Positions 45,488-59,137 of a stretch of DNA of 64,000 nucleotides are shown here, piece by piece; the first letter of the stretch is position 1, and the number at the start of each line of letters is the position of its first letter. The notes beneath the pieces were generated by a model that was not told the origin of the DNA, did no database searches, and saw only the letters and a program-made list of their open reading frames with translations. The DNA comes from Marsupella aquatica. Taxonomy: Eukaryota > Plantae > Marchantiophyta. The position numbers and the translations under genes were made by a program. The DNA is taken from positions 6,500,166 through 6,564,165 of the forward strand of contig OZ316896.1 of NCBI GenBank assembly GCA_973895155.1, given 5' to 3'.

Positions 45488-47260
45488 CTTCTATTCTGTA
45501 ATATTGTTGTACCGCTGTCATCTTCAACCATAGGGTCCCTTTCAATGGTCTTCCTTTTGCTCAGGTATCATGGAAAGGTAGTGGTGTCATTGCAGCCTCT
45601 AGGACCAAATTGATAGCAGACACCCGAAACATCATTTGGCACGCCCAAAACACGATGGCTGTTGCAACTCGTTTCTGAAGTATGCATGGACGAATCACAA
45701 CCACCTACAAGTTTGACCATCGTAGTCATCCATTCACGACTCTCAACAAATGGTTTCCACAACAATGTCGTCAGTCAGGTCCCCAGATTGAAGTTGTCTC
45801 TCCACTGTTTCATAAATGGACTGCAACAGTCTTCTGTATGTGCTTCCTACGTCAAGTCTGTCTTCTGTGCGTCCTACACATAGCAGAGCGGGATCACAAA
45901 ATTCACAGAAGCAAAAATGATAGCACTCTTTGCATTAGAATTCAGGATGGACCCCCTCCATACAGTAGTAATGGTCAGCTGGTGGAGGAGGCCCTATCAC
46001 CTCCAAAGGCAGGTGATTGCTATCAGTTAAGATCACAGGCATACAATTGCAGTCCATGCTGGTGCTGCAGTGCACCTTCCAATTGTCTTCCTAGAGGCGG
46101 CAGGAGTGAGTTGTTGTTTCCATTTCAACTCTTTCACAGATAAGGTGGACCAGTAAATTACTGAATTTTGATTACTTTTCAGTTTGCCACCAGAGAGAGA
46201 AGGAGCACTTTGTCGGACTGTTAGACTAGAATTCAGAAGGTGGAATGGATCTTGCAGTAGCAGGAGGAGCGAACTACTACTGTTTGTTAGACAAAGAATA
46301 GCCCGTGATGTGATGAACCTATCAGTCCCTCTGAATTTGAAAGAGAATCGTTTTGATATGCGCACTCTACTAGAGTAGATTTAGGAGGCCAGCCAAGTTT
46401 GCCGTTCCTTCAGGTGCATACATGGAAAATTATCGAGCAACTTATCGAAGTGAAACATCTAGCGTGCAGATTTACTAAGTGGGTACAATGTCTCTCTGCC
46501 AGGCAGATCTGGCTCGCAGGCGCTGCTTGCTGTTTCGGTTTAAGTCGAAGTACTTTTCATGCCAACGGCCTACACACTTATGGTACTTTTGAAACCTATG
46601 GAAGCAGCCATGCACCGATTGACATTTGAGTTCTATATCTCCCTGTCAACTCAGAGATACTCTCTACATTTTCGCGGTGGTAGGTGTCAACATGTCTTTT
46701 GCTCTGAACTGTTCGGATATATGTCAAAAATTTGTAAGGAGATCTATTTACCTTAAGCTATTTACTGTGTCCGTTACCATGGAGGTAGTTGTGTGTGTAG
46801 GAAAGCACAATTAGACGACAGGCGGGTACTCGGCCAAATCGGTCTAGCTGCCATGAGCCCATTTTATGCACATTTCCACGACTCGTACAATATTTTTCAT
46901 GATCGCCCCAAAATTAGGCCGTTCGAAGTTAATTTACCCACTTCAATTAGTTGAAAGTCATTTCATTGTCCTAAACCTTCCTAGACTCGAGGACCTTGAT
47001 AGCCTGCAGGAGCCCAGAATATCATAGATATACTGGTACGAAAGAATCTCCCGGTTGAGGTCTGGATGTTGCTGACTTTGAGTTCCTGAGGCTTCATGAG
47101 TTAATTATGTATGGCAGCATCGGCTACAGAGTGTCTAGACTCCAAACCACTTTTTGAGCCCCTGTATGAGAAATTGACTTGAAGAGAACTCACACACAGA
47201 ATCTGAAGTAAGCCTGAGATGAGGAACGATTTTCCAGATTAGACCTCTGACGGCTGCTGT

Positions 47261-47529
47261 TCGATGTCAGGCTATTGGAACAAACCTACAGTACATGTGT
47301 CCCGCGGCAATAACTTTCTTAGTAAACGGACGCACTCCTTAGCTGCTGATAAACATATATCATGATCTAACTAATATCACTCTTGGGGAGACAAGCTCGA
47401 TGTCAGGCTATTGAAACAAAACTACAACACATGGGTCCCGCGGCAAAACCTTTCTTGTTAACGGTCTGCAAGGACGTACTCCTTAGCTGCTGACAACACA
47501 AATCATGATCTAACTAATATCACTCTTGG
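47261..47529. repeat. ~130-bp imperfect tandem duplication downstream of the FTR gene
   Basis: TCGATGTCAGGCTATTG...CATGATCTAACTAATATCACTCTTGG at 47261-47386 and 47397-47529. Confidence 0.9.
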
Positions 47530-48230
47530 CGAGAGAAGATTAAGAATGACAGCATGAGGGTATTTTGTGCTAAGGAAGGGGTGGCTTTCTCCAAACAAAA
47601 TTCCCTGGTAGGACTGGCTAACAAGCGCTGTGCTCTTGTTAGCCAGTCAAATTGGATGAGAATTACAAACCTCATGAGGGACATGTGATACTCCTTGGAG
47701 ATAAACAGTTGTGAAATCTAAGGCAGGGATCTTCCCGAATCACACCTCCAGCCAGTGATCAAGTGCAATGAGTCTTCTGCTCGAGAAGCCAAGTGGGCGA
47801 TGTAACCAGTATCCAATAAAGTCAGAGGCGAGTATACCATTGCCTTCACAAATATCCGGTAACTCTGCACTCAGACGACCACTTATCTGAAAGAAATAGC
47901 CTGTCATTCTGCAAACCACAGAAATAACCTAGAGTGATACTGATACGCTACAAAAAAAAACATTAGTTTACAAGCACATCACTGATTGACAGAATCTCCT
48001 TGGCCAGAGCATCAAAGTTATGTTAATTGATTGATACTTTCTTGCATGAATCTTGCACCTAACATGATTATTACAGCTATAATTTCCTCTGCAAGGTGAA
48101 CCGTCGTAGTGTAGCCGAAAGATCCAAAGCTGAAACTACAGATCCTCCTCCTAACTAATTGTACACATTCCACTAGTTTCTCCTTCCTTAGCGTTCATTT
48201 ATACATCGCGAATGTTCAGGTAATAAACTG

Positions 48231-48794
48231 TCATTCCACAACCTCGAACTCGTCATCCTTCAAGTGGGCAAAGAATTTCACTGGTTTTCCCTCCGCCTCT
48301 ATGACGAACTGCACTTTGAAAGGTAAGTTTGCCGAAATCGTCTTCCCCTTGAAAACCCCCAGGACCTCCTTTACTTCTCCTTCTAGTCCTTCCAGGTTCA
48401 AATTCGGAGATTTCAAAACATGGTAAACCGTCAATGGCACCTTCACTCTAATTTTGGCCCCTGGTTGTACGCCACCCGCTGTGGTATCTTGCCCTCCACT
48501 GGATTGCGCATCCCCAATCTTCACCGCCACTTCGCACACCACATTCCTGCCGCAGCGTGGAATGCTCATCGCTGACCCCGGAGGCAGTCCTGTGCTAATC
48601 ATGCAAAGTGACGACGATCGTCCAAAGATGGAAGAATTTGGGAAAGATGAACAAGAATCACACCCTGGTCTTTGGATTGCAATGTCCCCCGCGACTGAAG
48701 CCCACCGCACCACTCCAGGTGCTTGCCTCCTGTGACACCTGCCGTAATTTCCCACGACTGCCACGGACGACGGACACATTAAATAGGCCGCCAT
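48231..48794 (-). CDS. FTRA: Ferredoxin-thioredoxin reductase variable (A) subunit, chloroplast precursor
   Basis: ATG at 48794 (MAAYLMCPSS...), a Ser/Arg-rich transit-peptide-like N-terminus, then 'GAKIRVKVPLTVYHV...LEGLEGEVK...KGKTISANLPFKVQF...FFAHLKDDEFEVVE*'. Confidence 0.93.
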   Translation of the reverse strand: MAAYLMCPSSVAVVGNYGRCHRRQAPGVVRWASVAGDIAIQRPGCDSCSSFPNSSIFGRSSSLCMISTGLPPGSAMSIPRCGRNVVCEVAVKIGDAQSSGGQDTTAGGVQPGAKIRVKVPLTVYHVLKSPNLNLEGLEGEVKEVLGVFKGKTISANLPFKVQFVIEAEGKPVKFFAHLKDDEFEVVE

Positions 48795-48877
48795 AGCTCG
48801 GCTTGTCCGCTCTCCTTGTTTCGACTTGCACAAGTAATCAACCTTCGGCTCAATGATAGTTCCCGAGCGAAGTGAGT

Positions 48878-48944
48878 TCTCTCCCTACCAAAAGTATTGC
48901 TCTCCCTACCAAAAGTATTGTCCGTCCGCAGGGCCCTTATCCAC
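48878..48944 (-). promoter_or_regulatory. FTR upstream region: 22-bp direct repeat and I-box-like GGATAAG
   Basis: TCTCCCTACCAAAAGTATTG x2 (~48880-48920). CTTATCC at ~48936-48942 reads GGATAAG on the gene strand, a motif common in light-regulated plastid-protein genes. Confidence 0.4.
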
Positions 48945-49589
48945 AGGGATAGATGCTTTAACCAACCTACTGTAGTTGCGAACGAATTGACGAACCAAAT
49001 GAGTGACAGAAAGAGAGAATAGTGCGTTGGTGCTCCATGTTTATCGGAGTGGAGAAGATGAGAGTACGGAAGAACACTGAAGGTGGCACAAACTTACCCG
49101 CGTTTCGGACTCTGGCAGAGGTGTCATGGGTGGGGCAAGGGTGTAAACGGTTAGAAATTTGTGTCTACCCCAAAATAGCTCCTTGCTAATAAGTAGGGAC
49201 TCTCAGGTTAGGCCTTGCCATAAGCTAAAGTCAAGGTATTCATTGTTTGTTGAGAGTAATCTCTCTACCAATGTCACCCAAACTTACTCATTTTCTCTCC
49301 ATCACTGGTTGACCAATGTCACCCAAAATTCCCCACTTTCTATCCATCGGTATCCGTGAGTACATGTCATAATCCAAATAGTTAGCTATCTCAAAGCTTG
49401 TCCCAAGACCAACCTTATCTCAACTATCATAATCATCTCAATAGGCCCAACTCAATTGGGATCTTTGGCATGATGAAATTGGACCTCAACACCCCGGGCC
49501 TACTTAGCGTGGCCGCCCCAATGCAAGTCCTCGTGGGAATTGAACGCGGATTGGTTGCTATTTCAATAGGATTGACAAACAGGCAAAAT

Positions 49590-51460
49590 TGTTGAGCAAA
49601 GATGACATTCACAATGGCAAACCCATAAAACATCCAACACACTCTATGGAAAAATATAATTCCGTCTCAACTAAGGTTACGTTCATGGGGACACACCAGA
49701 GCTTTACTACACTCTAGGCCCTTTGGTCATATTGAGTCTCCGCAATACAAGATCTCTCTATCTCTCAATTGGCTCCGTAACTCCTATCCAAGCAAACACT
49801 GCTTGGCATATAGTGTGCAGCCTAGTTAACTTAACGTAGTCTGTGACTAAGATAAGCCCTAAAAGGTTACAATCATGACCCTAAACTAATAGTAAATGTC
49901 TAACAATCTCACCCTTGACTCTGGTCTAGGGGAGGGTAATAATGCTAACCTATATGATTACTCACCTCGAAGTTCTTGACAAAAACCAAACCAGTTTTTC
50001 TTCTCTAACTAGAGCAACTTAGAATTAAGCCATACGTAGCTTAATACATAGGAACGAGTAAGAGCATATATTGATAAAATTTACAACAAATGTTAAGAAA
50101 ACTCTACTTGTGACGTAATTGCAAAACCTGCAATATGTCACGCGGTGTCTACAAAAACTCTCCAAACGAATTACTTTGGTAAAGGCGTTAGTCGGGTTGA
50201 GTTTACCATCAGTCTTGACTAGCTCAAACAAATTATCTAACATAGTCTAACTGATATATTGGTACCTAACGTTAATGTGCTTCACTTTGTTGTCCATCAC
50301 CTGGTTCACAACAAGGTGGAGAGCACTCTAGCTATCATAATGGAGCTTCACTTTCCTTTGTGGTAATCTCATCTTAGTGATCAGTCTATCCAACCAAATT
50401 GTTTCCTTTGTTGCTTTTGCTACTACAACATAATCTCCTTCTATAGCAAATTGAGCTACACACTTCAGCAAATTAGACCTCCAACTTATGCATCTATCAC
50501 CAAGTGTGAGACACATACCCTATTGTTGATCTCCTCATGTCTAGATCCTCAGCATAGTTAGCATCCACATAGTTCATCAATGATCTAGCATTATTTGTAT
50601 GTGCATTAAACAATAGACCATAATCCACAGTACCCTTCAAGTACCTAATAATCCACTTCACTGATCTCCAATGTACCTTTGCTACATTTGACATGTACCT
50701 TCTCATCTTGCTCATAACCATGGCAAGATTGGATCTAGCTAGTGCAAGTCATCAAATACATGAGACTCTCCATTGCCTTATCATAAGAAACCTTTGACAT
50801 CAGCCCCATTTCTATTGCATCAGTCAAAAAGAAAGTTGATGACAACTTGAAGTATGGAGCCAAAGGGGTACTTAATGGCTTGTTGTCCCCCATGTCAAAC
50901 CTGAAGATTACCTTCCTTGCATACCCACTCCCTGTCAACCATAGCTTACCAGCCTCCAAGTCCTCAATGATCTCCATACCCAAAATCCTCTTAGTTGGTA
51001 CTAAGACTTTCATCTTAAACTCTACACTAAGCAGTGTCTTGAGCTTAATAATCTTAGACCTATCATTGGCCACAACAAGCATGTCATCCACATGAAGCAC
51101 TAGAACAATGAACCTAAAGACAATATTTTTTACCAGTTTTAGATACACAAAAGGATCAAATACACTTATGTGAAAACCTTGTGCACAGATCCAATCATCA
51201 AACTGCTTATTGTATTATTTGGTGCTCAGTGCTTCAACCCATACAAGGATTTTAGTAATCTGCAAACTAAGTAACTAACTTCTCTTGTCCTATCTTTACA
51301 AAACCTAGTGGCTGTCTCGTGAACATCTCTTTCAAGGTGCCATATATAGAGAAAATATGTGACAACATCAATCTAATCTAGCAATAAACCAAACATAATA
51401 ACAAGCACACACAACAGTTGTATTGTAGAGTACTTAGCAAATGATGAAAAGACCTCAATA
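49590..51460 (-). mobile_element. Older degenerate Ty1/copia, related to the 51742-57549 family: 3' LTR 49590-49905, PPT, RNase H/RT remnant
   Basis: LTR TGTTGAGC...TAACA followed by ATCTCACCCTTGACT (PPT complement). Broken frames 'LHVDDMLV', 'WRSVKWIIRYLKGT', 'YVDANYA..DMRRST', 'CISWRS', 'KLNPTNAFTK' parallel the young copy. Confidence 0.9.
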
Positions 51461-51741
51461 TTATAACAAATTGTTGGCTCCGAACTAGACAACAATGCAA
51501 AACATGAGAGCACTGAATCTCATACTACACCAACAAGACACCATGATGGGAAAACTTGATCCTAAAGGATCCATAACTTATGAGAAAGTACATGTGAAGA
51601 ATGAGGGATAGAATATATGCTCTCCCTCCAACCTATACTCCCCCAGGGGGCCAAGATGTGTGGGCCTAATTATCTAAGAAAATCTTATCCTATTATAATG
51701 TAATCCAGAGTTAACCCTGGTAAGGTCAAACTAAGTAATTA

Positions 51742-54700
51742 TGTTGAGCATAGACGACGATCGCAACGGCAAGCCCATGAACCATCCAACGCACAATAGT
51801 CGACACAAGAGATACGTGGTTCACCTCCTTGAGGCTACGTCCACGGGAACACACAAGAGAGCTTTACTGAACTCTAAGCCCGTCGGCTATACCGAGTCTC
51901 CACAGTGTAAGCTCTCCCTATCTCTCAAGTGGCTCCATAACAATGAGCCTTGGTTTTACCTCTCCAAGCACACATGCCTCTTATGATATAGTGTGCAACT
52001 TAGTTGTACCTAACCACATAGTTGTACCTAATCACGTAGTTGTACCTAACCACATAGTTGTACCTAATCACGTTGTTGTACCAACCACGTCATACCTAGC
52101 CTAGACGTAAGAGTAAATACCCAACAATCTTCCCCTTGACTCTGGTCTAGGGGAGAGTAATACTGCCAATGTATATGATCCCTCAGCGGGAAGTTCTGGA
52201 CAAAAACCAAATCGGTTTCCCTCTCTAACTAGAGCAAACCAGAACTAAGCCGTAGCCTAATACATAGGGATGAGGAAGAGCATATATCAGTAATTACAAT
52301 GAATGTTAAGAAAACTCTACTTGTGATGCAATTGCAAAACCTGCAATACGTCACGGTGTCTAGAGAAACTTTCCAAAGGAATCACTTTGGTAAATGCGTC
52401 AGCCGGGTTGAGTTTACCATCAATCTTGACTAGCTCAAACAAATTATCAGACACAGCCTGCCTGATAAAATGGTACCTGACATCAATGTGCTTCACTCTG
52501 CTGTCCATCACCTGGTTCACAGCAAGGTGGAGTGCACTTTGACTATCACAATGGAGCTTCACATTCCCCTGTGGCAATCCCATTTCAGTGATAAGTCTAT
52601 CCAACCAAATCGCTTCCTTTGCTGCTTCCGCAGCTGCAACATACTCCACTTCTGTAGTAGACTGAGCAATACACTTCTGCAAAATAGACCTCCAACTTAT
52701 GCATCCACCGCCAAGTGTGAACACGTATCCTGTTGTTGATCTCCTTCGGTCCAAATCTTGTCCATAGTCAGAATCAACATAGCCAATCAATGATTTAGCA
52801 TTCTTTGCATTCGCATCAAATAAAAGACGATGATCCACGGTACCCTTCAAGTACCTGATAATCCACTTCATTGCTTCCTAGTGTACCTTCCCTGGATTCG
52901 ACATGTACTTGCTCACCTTGCCCATAGCCATGGCAAGATCAGGTCTAGTGCAAGTCATCAAATACATGAGACTCCCCACTGCCTTGTCATACGGAACCTT
53001 TGACATCAACCCCTTCTCTGTGTCATCCGTAGGATAGAACGCTGATGATAACTTGAAGTGTGGAGCCAACGTGGTACTTACTGGCTTGCTATTCCCCATG
53101 TTGAACCTTGCAATTACCTTCCTCGCATAACTGCTCTGCGTCAACCATAGCTTGCCAGCCTCCAAGTCCCTAGTGATCTCCATACCCAAAATCCTCTTAG
53201 CTGGCCCTAAGTCCTTCATCTTAAACTCTGCACTAAGCAGTGCCTTGAGCTTAACAATCTCAGACCTATTCTTGGCTGCAATTAGCATATCATCCACATA
53301 AAGTACTAAAACAATGAACCCAAAGACAACATTCTTTACCGGTTTCAAATACACACAAGGGTCAAATACACTTCTGTGAAAACCTTGTGACCAAATCCAA
53401 TTGTCAAACCGCTTGTTCCACTGTCTTGGTGACTGCTTCAACCCATACAAGGATTTCAGCAATCTGCAAACCAATTCCTCCTGTCCTCTCTTCACAAAAC
53501 CTAGCGGTTGTCTCATGAAGATCACCTCTTCCAATGTGTCATAGAGGAAAGCTGTGACAACATCCATCTGATCTAGCAATAGACCAAACATTACAACAAG
53601 TACACACAATAGTCGTATTGTAGAGTACTTAGCAACTGGTGAGAAAACCTCATTGTAATCCACACCTTTCTCTTGTGTGAATCCCTTTGCTACCAACCTA
53701 GCCTTGTAGACCTTCGATCCACCTCCTATGGAATTATCTTTCAGCTTGTAAATCCACTTGCTGTCCACCACTTGCTGACCCTTAGGAAGCTTAACAAGCT
53801 CCCAAGTTTTGTTGTCCTTTAGTGACTGCATCTCCGTTTGCATTGCTGCAGTCCACTTCTGCTTCTCCTTTGAAGCACTTGCCTCATGAAATGAAGAAGG
53901 TTCCCCTTCTTCCAAAATTAACGCATCACCTTCATCATCACCTGCAAAATCATCCTCTTGCAGTTGAGATGAATCAACCCACTGTCCATACCTTGGTGGA
54001 GCGCGTACAGTGCGACCAGATGTTCTTCTAGCCGATGACTCTGGTTGATCTGCGTGTGCTGGTACAATTTGAAGCTCAACAGCATCCACTTGCTGCTCAC
54101 CAGCATCCACTTGCTGCTCACCAGCATCAACAAACTCCTCTGGTTCCTCTGGCACAGGAACCAGCTCCATAATTAGAGCAACTCCTTCTCTCCGATCATG
54201 CACCTCATAACCAATCTCCCCCTCAACGAGATCCGGGATAGGATATTTTCCTTTGTCAGTACGGGAGACCTGAGTATTCTCCCCCTCCTTCAATAATCTG
54301 GATTCATTGAAGGAAACATCCCTACTGACAACGAGATTACAGGCAATAGGATCCCATAGCCTATAGGCTTTCACACCACTCTGGTACCCAAGAAAAATAT
54401 ATTTCTTGGAGGTAGGATCCAACTTGGTCCTATTCTGCTTCGGTGTGAGAGCATATGCATCACTTCCAAAAACTACCAAGCCATGATAGTCTGCTTGCCG
54501 CTTATAGCGCATCTCAAACGGCGTTTTGAAATTGATAGCACTAGAAGGAGAAAGATTTACCAAATAAGTTGCGGTATTGACATCTTCTGCCCAAAATTCT
54601 TGTGGTAAACCTGATTGGCTCAACATACTCCGTGACCGCTCCAACAGTATCCGATTGAGCCTCTCAGCGACATCATTCTGCTGCGGAGTATAAACTGTGG

Positions 54701-57549
54701 TGAGATGGCGAGTTATCCCCTGTTCTGAACAGTACTCTTCAAATTCCATTGAGGTGTACTCCCCGCCGTTGTCTGACCTCAGACTCTTCACCCTTGTATC
54801 CAAACACTTGATCGTGTTTCCAGTCTGATTCTCCACCTAGGCCTTCCACTTCTTAAAAATGGACAAGACATCAGACTTATGCGTCATGAAATAAATCCAC
54901 ACAAATCTTGAGTAATCATCAATAAATGATACATAGTACAACTTTCCAGAGTGTGAGGGAGTCGAGGATGGACCCCACACGTCACTATGTATGTACTCAA
55001 GAACCGCTTTGGAACGATGAGTTCCAACACCAAAAGCACGACGATGCTGCTTTCCAAGAATGCAATGCTCACAAAACTCTAATTTACAAGATTGCAAATC
55101 AAAAATGAGTCCATTCTTCCATAAGATAGCCAAACCCTTCTCACTCATGTGGCCTAGCCGTGAATGCCACAGTTGAGTCATCTCCTCGTGAGACTTGGTT
55201 ACATTGGCCTCTCCACATACAGTATTGCCCTGTAACACATACAAATTCTTTTGTCTACTCCCCTTCAAAATCACTGTCTCTCCCGACCTGACTTGAAGTT
55301 CACCATCAATAACGCTCCATTGATGACCATTTGAATCCAACACACCGAGTGAAATTAGATTCTTATGCATGCCAGGTACATACTTGACTCCGGACACTGC
55401 GCATAGCGCCATCAAACATTTGAATCTTCACAGACCCAATTCCCTCAATTTGACAGGAGTGATCATTTCCCATCAGAACTGAACCGTTTGAAACAGAGTA
55501 AGAACTGAAAAACTCACGAATGTAACAAATATGAAAAGAGCAAGCACAATCAAGAATCCACACATCATTTGCTCTCCTAGATGACGTGCACAGGGCATAC
55601 CCCCGGCTTCATAAAACATACTCATCATTGAGTAAATCAGCTTCTCCATCAGCCCTAGCCACATTTGCCGATGAAGTTTCCGCTGCCTTTCCCTTATAGT
55701 CTCGCTTGAAGTGTCCAACTTGGTTGCACTTCCAACATGTCATCTGCCTCCTCTGAGGGGATTTACCCTTGGACTTAGATCTGGATTTAGATCTAAACTG
55801 GGTTCTACGGTCCCCAGTTGGTCGTTGCATACTCCTCCCACGGTTAACATTGAGGGCAGCACCAGATGATGAAGGCTGTGACGTGATGTGCATCTTCTGC
55901 TGAAGATCATCACTAAGCAGAGAACTTACCACGTCATTGTATGAAATGGTATTCCTATCACGATGCAACAACACTCGTGATAGGGACTGGTAAGATGGAG
56001 GCAATGAACTAAGAAGCTGCAGAGCCTTCGTCTCATCATTCAAAGTCTCCCCAAGGTTTTCCAAGTCAACGACCATGTCGTTGAAAGCATCCACATGGTC
56101 TTGCAACTTCGTACCAGATTTCTTCATCCTAAAACTCATCAGTTTGTAGGAAGTGTAGAGCCGGTTCGACAACTCCTTGCGGTGATACTTGCTCTGCAAT
56201 TCCGCAAACAAGGACATGCAATCCTTATGTGCACCCAACTGCTTGATGATGGGAGGCATGAGATAGAGTGTAACACACCACACTCCCTGCTCCTGCATGC
56301 GGTCCCATTGTTTCTCATCAACATCGTCTTCACGAGGGCTCAGCAGTTGGCCCATCCCTGACGCATAGAGCACTCCCTTCACCTGCTTCTCCCATAGCAA
56401 GTAGTCAGAGCGCCCATCATACTTTGTCACTTCATACTTGGGTCCCCCAAGCTTGAAAGTCCCCATCTTCTTCTTTGGCACTACCGTGAGCTCCGGTAGT
56501 AGTACTGCTTCCTCCACCACACGCCGGACCGGTGATGGTATCGGTGTCACCTGCTCTTCCTCCTACTCCTCTCTCTGCCCCTGAAACCTCCGTGGTGATC
56601 CTCGTGCTTCAAGTTCCACGTCTTCGAAAAACTCCTCCGAATCACTCATATGAGAAAATCACAAAAAATGTTGTTTTTCACAACTTCTCAAAAAACTCGA
56701 AACTCAACACCGCCGCGTAGCCCACAAAGCTAGGAGTCCAATACTTGTCAACAACGAATGTTGATCAATTGCACTTGGTGCCGTCACCAAGTCCAACAAG
56801 GTAATTGATTTTGCTTAGCCTTCCTCTTTGCATCAAAGAGCCAATCCCGGACTCAAAACAATCGTCTTGCCTCAATCTCTCCTTTGAGTCAAAACACTTG
56901 ACGCTTCTCCTTCCGAGTCGATTGCCAACTTTCTTCACAAAATCCAGAACGACGAAAACTTAGATCTCTCTGCACCACGAGCTCCGTTCAGCGATTTCTT
57001 CACACCGTTAAAAAGCTCTTGCCCTGATCTATCCGTTGAGCCCATAAACTCCAAGTTCCATGCGACGGAACTCCGGGAAATCCACCGACACTCAACGCTG
57101 GAAAAACCGTCATGAAATCCCGTCACGAACACACGTCACCTCCCAAGCATGCTCTGATACCAATTGTTGAGCATAGACGACGATCGCAACGGCAAGCCCA
57201 TGAACCATCCAACGCACAATAGTCGACACAAGAGATACGTGGTTCACCTCCTTGAGGCTACGTCCACGGGAACACACAAGAGAGCTTTACTGAACTCTAA
57301 GTCCGTCGGCTATACCGAGTCTCCACAGTGTAAGCTCTCCCTATCTCTCAAGTGGCTCCATAACAATGAGCCTTGGTTTTACCTCTCCAAGCACACATGC
57401 CTCTTATGATATAGTGTGCAACTTAGTTGTACCTAACCACATAGTTGTACCTAATCACGTAGTTGTACCTAACCACATAGTTGTACCTAATCACGTTATT
57501 GTACCAACCACGTCATACCTAACCTAGATGTAAGAGTAAATACCCAACA
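51742..57549 (-). mobile_element. Full-length Ty1/copia retrotransposon (5' LTR 57165-57549, 3' LTR 51742-52126, PBS 57151-57162, PPT ~52127-52141)
   Basis: Two 385-bp TG...CA LTRs differ at about 4 positions. PBS TGGTATCAGAGC (initiator Met tRNA). PPT AGTCAAGGGGAAGAT. TSD AATTA/AATTC (4/5 match). Gag-PR-IN-RT-RH domain order. Confidence 0.97.
52317..56466 (-). pseudogene. Copia gag-pol polyprotein, interrupted (TGA 55609-55611, frameshift ~55400, TAG 54837-54839, TAG 52878-52880)
   Basis: Gag 'KYDGRSDYLLW...LLSSLPPSY...CWKCNQVGH'; PR 'WILDCACSFH'; GAG-pre-integrase 'LWHSRLGH..CEHC'; IN 'IHSDVWGP...LRSDNGGEY...PQQNDVAER'; RT 'YKARLVAKG...SLYGLKQSPRQW...YVDDML'; RNase H 'YVDSDYG...NPADAFTK'. 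Confidence 0.95.
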
Positions 57550-58128
57550 AATTCAAGAACTCGAGTCAATTCCTAACAATCTCCACCTTAACTCCAATTC
57601 ACACAACGAGTCAGGTGATCGATATACAATATGTAACTAAGTAATATATCTACATAGTCTCTGGTTGGGCCCTAACATTAACTATATCCACACAATGACT
57701 AAAAATTGGTAGGTAAAATGTTAGTAAGCATGCCTGTTGCATTCTCCCTCTGAAGCCACCTTCTCTAGCAACATCTGCTTTGTCTCAATCACATAACGCA
57801 TGAAGTGATAATAAATGTCAATGTGCTTTGTCATAGCATGGAACACAGGGTTCTTAGCCAAATGCAAAGCACTTTAACTGTCATACAGCAATATTGGTAT
57901 TTTAGGTGAAAGACCCAACCTCCGTTGCCAAATCAGCTCCTTGGTTGCCTTACAAGCTGCCATGTACTCACCCTCAATAGTAGACAATGCAACACGGGAT
58001 TGAGTTGCTAACTTCCAGCTGATACAACTTCTACCCAACATAAACACATAGCATGTAGTAAACTTCCTGTTATCCATGTTACCAGCATAATCTGAATCTA
58101 TAAAACCTTCCAACTCTAATGTGGAGTC

Positions 58129-58423
58129 CTCGGGGGTCTCACTATATGGAGACCTCCCCATCACCTGTGACGTTTTTAGGCCTTGGACACCCTAAAATGC
58201 AAGAAAAAGATTTATTTTTGACCCCTATAAAGTTGAATATTCTTGGAATATTCCAAAATTTTGATTAAAAAAACCCTAATGTTCTAATAAGTCTCAAAAT
58301 TGGATTTAAATGACCCTATTGTTCTTCTACAAAAATTCTTAAGTTTTCCCTTCAAACCAATAAAACAACCCTATACTTCGCCTCACGTGATGTGATGTTT
58401 TTTGTGGAAGTGAAACACCCAAG
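58129..58423. mobile_element. MITE copy 1 (CTCGGGGG...CCCAAG termini, 8-bp TSD)
   Basis: Flanks GTGGAGTC (58121-58128) and GTAGAGTC (58424-58431), 7/8 match. Imperfect inverted ends, AT-rich core, related to the copy at 58804. Confidence 0.75.
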
Positions 58424-58803
58424 GTAGAGTCTGTTTTACCATCAAATAGAACCCCACAATCTAAGGTACTGCAAAATCCACTTCACTGCTTCCCAGTGAA
58501 GTTTACCAGGGTTTGCCTTAAATATGCTCAAAATGATTATAGCATGGGCAATGCCAGGTTTAGTGCATGTCATCACATACATCATCGCTAGTCTATTACT
58601 CTCACTAGAAAGGCAATCATTCTTTGAGAGTTTGAAGTGAGAAGCCAATGGACCAATGGAGTACCAACTGGTTTTGCATTCTCCATTGATTTCCATACTT
58701 GGCAAGTACCTTCTCCAAGTACTGCCTCTAAGACAGCCATAATTATCTTTGCTCCCTATCACAATGAATCTTCATCCCTAGAATCTTCTTGGCCTGACCC
58801 AAG

Positions 58804-59137
58804 CTCGGGGGGGTCACTATATCGAGGGCCATACATCACGTGCGATATTTTAGGGTTTGACCCCCCTAACTTATAAGTGAAAAATAATTTTTTGCAAAGC
58901 CCTTTCGTTCTTTAAATTTTGTCATTTTTTATTATAAAACCCCTAAAAACTTTAAAGAAAGTATTTTTTGCAATTAAATAGGCCTATGTGTTCTTTAAAG
59001 TTGACCAGTCAATAAAACATGCCCTATGTGTTCTTCCACCAAACTTTGGAAGTCTTCCGCCACACCCATTTAAATGGGCCTATACTTTATCGCACGTGAT
59101 GTGCCACTTCCGTGGAAGTGACCCCCCCCCCCCCGAG
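58804..59137. mobile_element. MITE copy 2 (TIR CTCGGGGGGGTCACT / AGTGACCCC...CGAG, 8-bp TSD)
   Basis: Perfect TSD GACCCAAG (58796-58803 and 59138-59145). Subterminal inverted pair CATCACGTGCGATA / TATCGCACGTGATG. Confidence 0.9.

Noticed and set aside
51741-51986. 81-aa ORF repeated at 57164 and 26572
   Set aside because: It lies wholly in the LTR, starts on a non-ATG or junction-derived codon, and recurs only because the LTR recurs.
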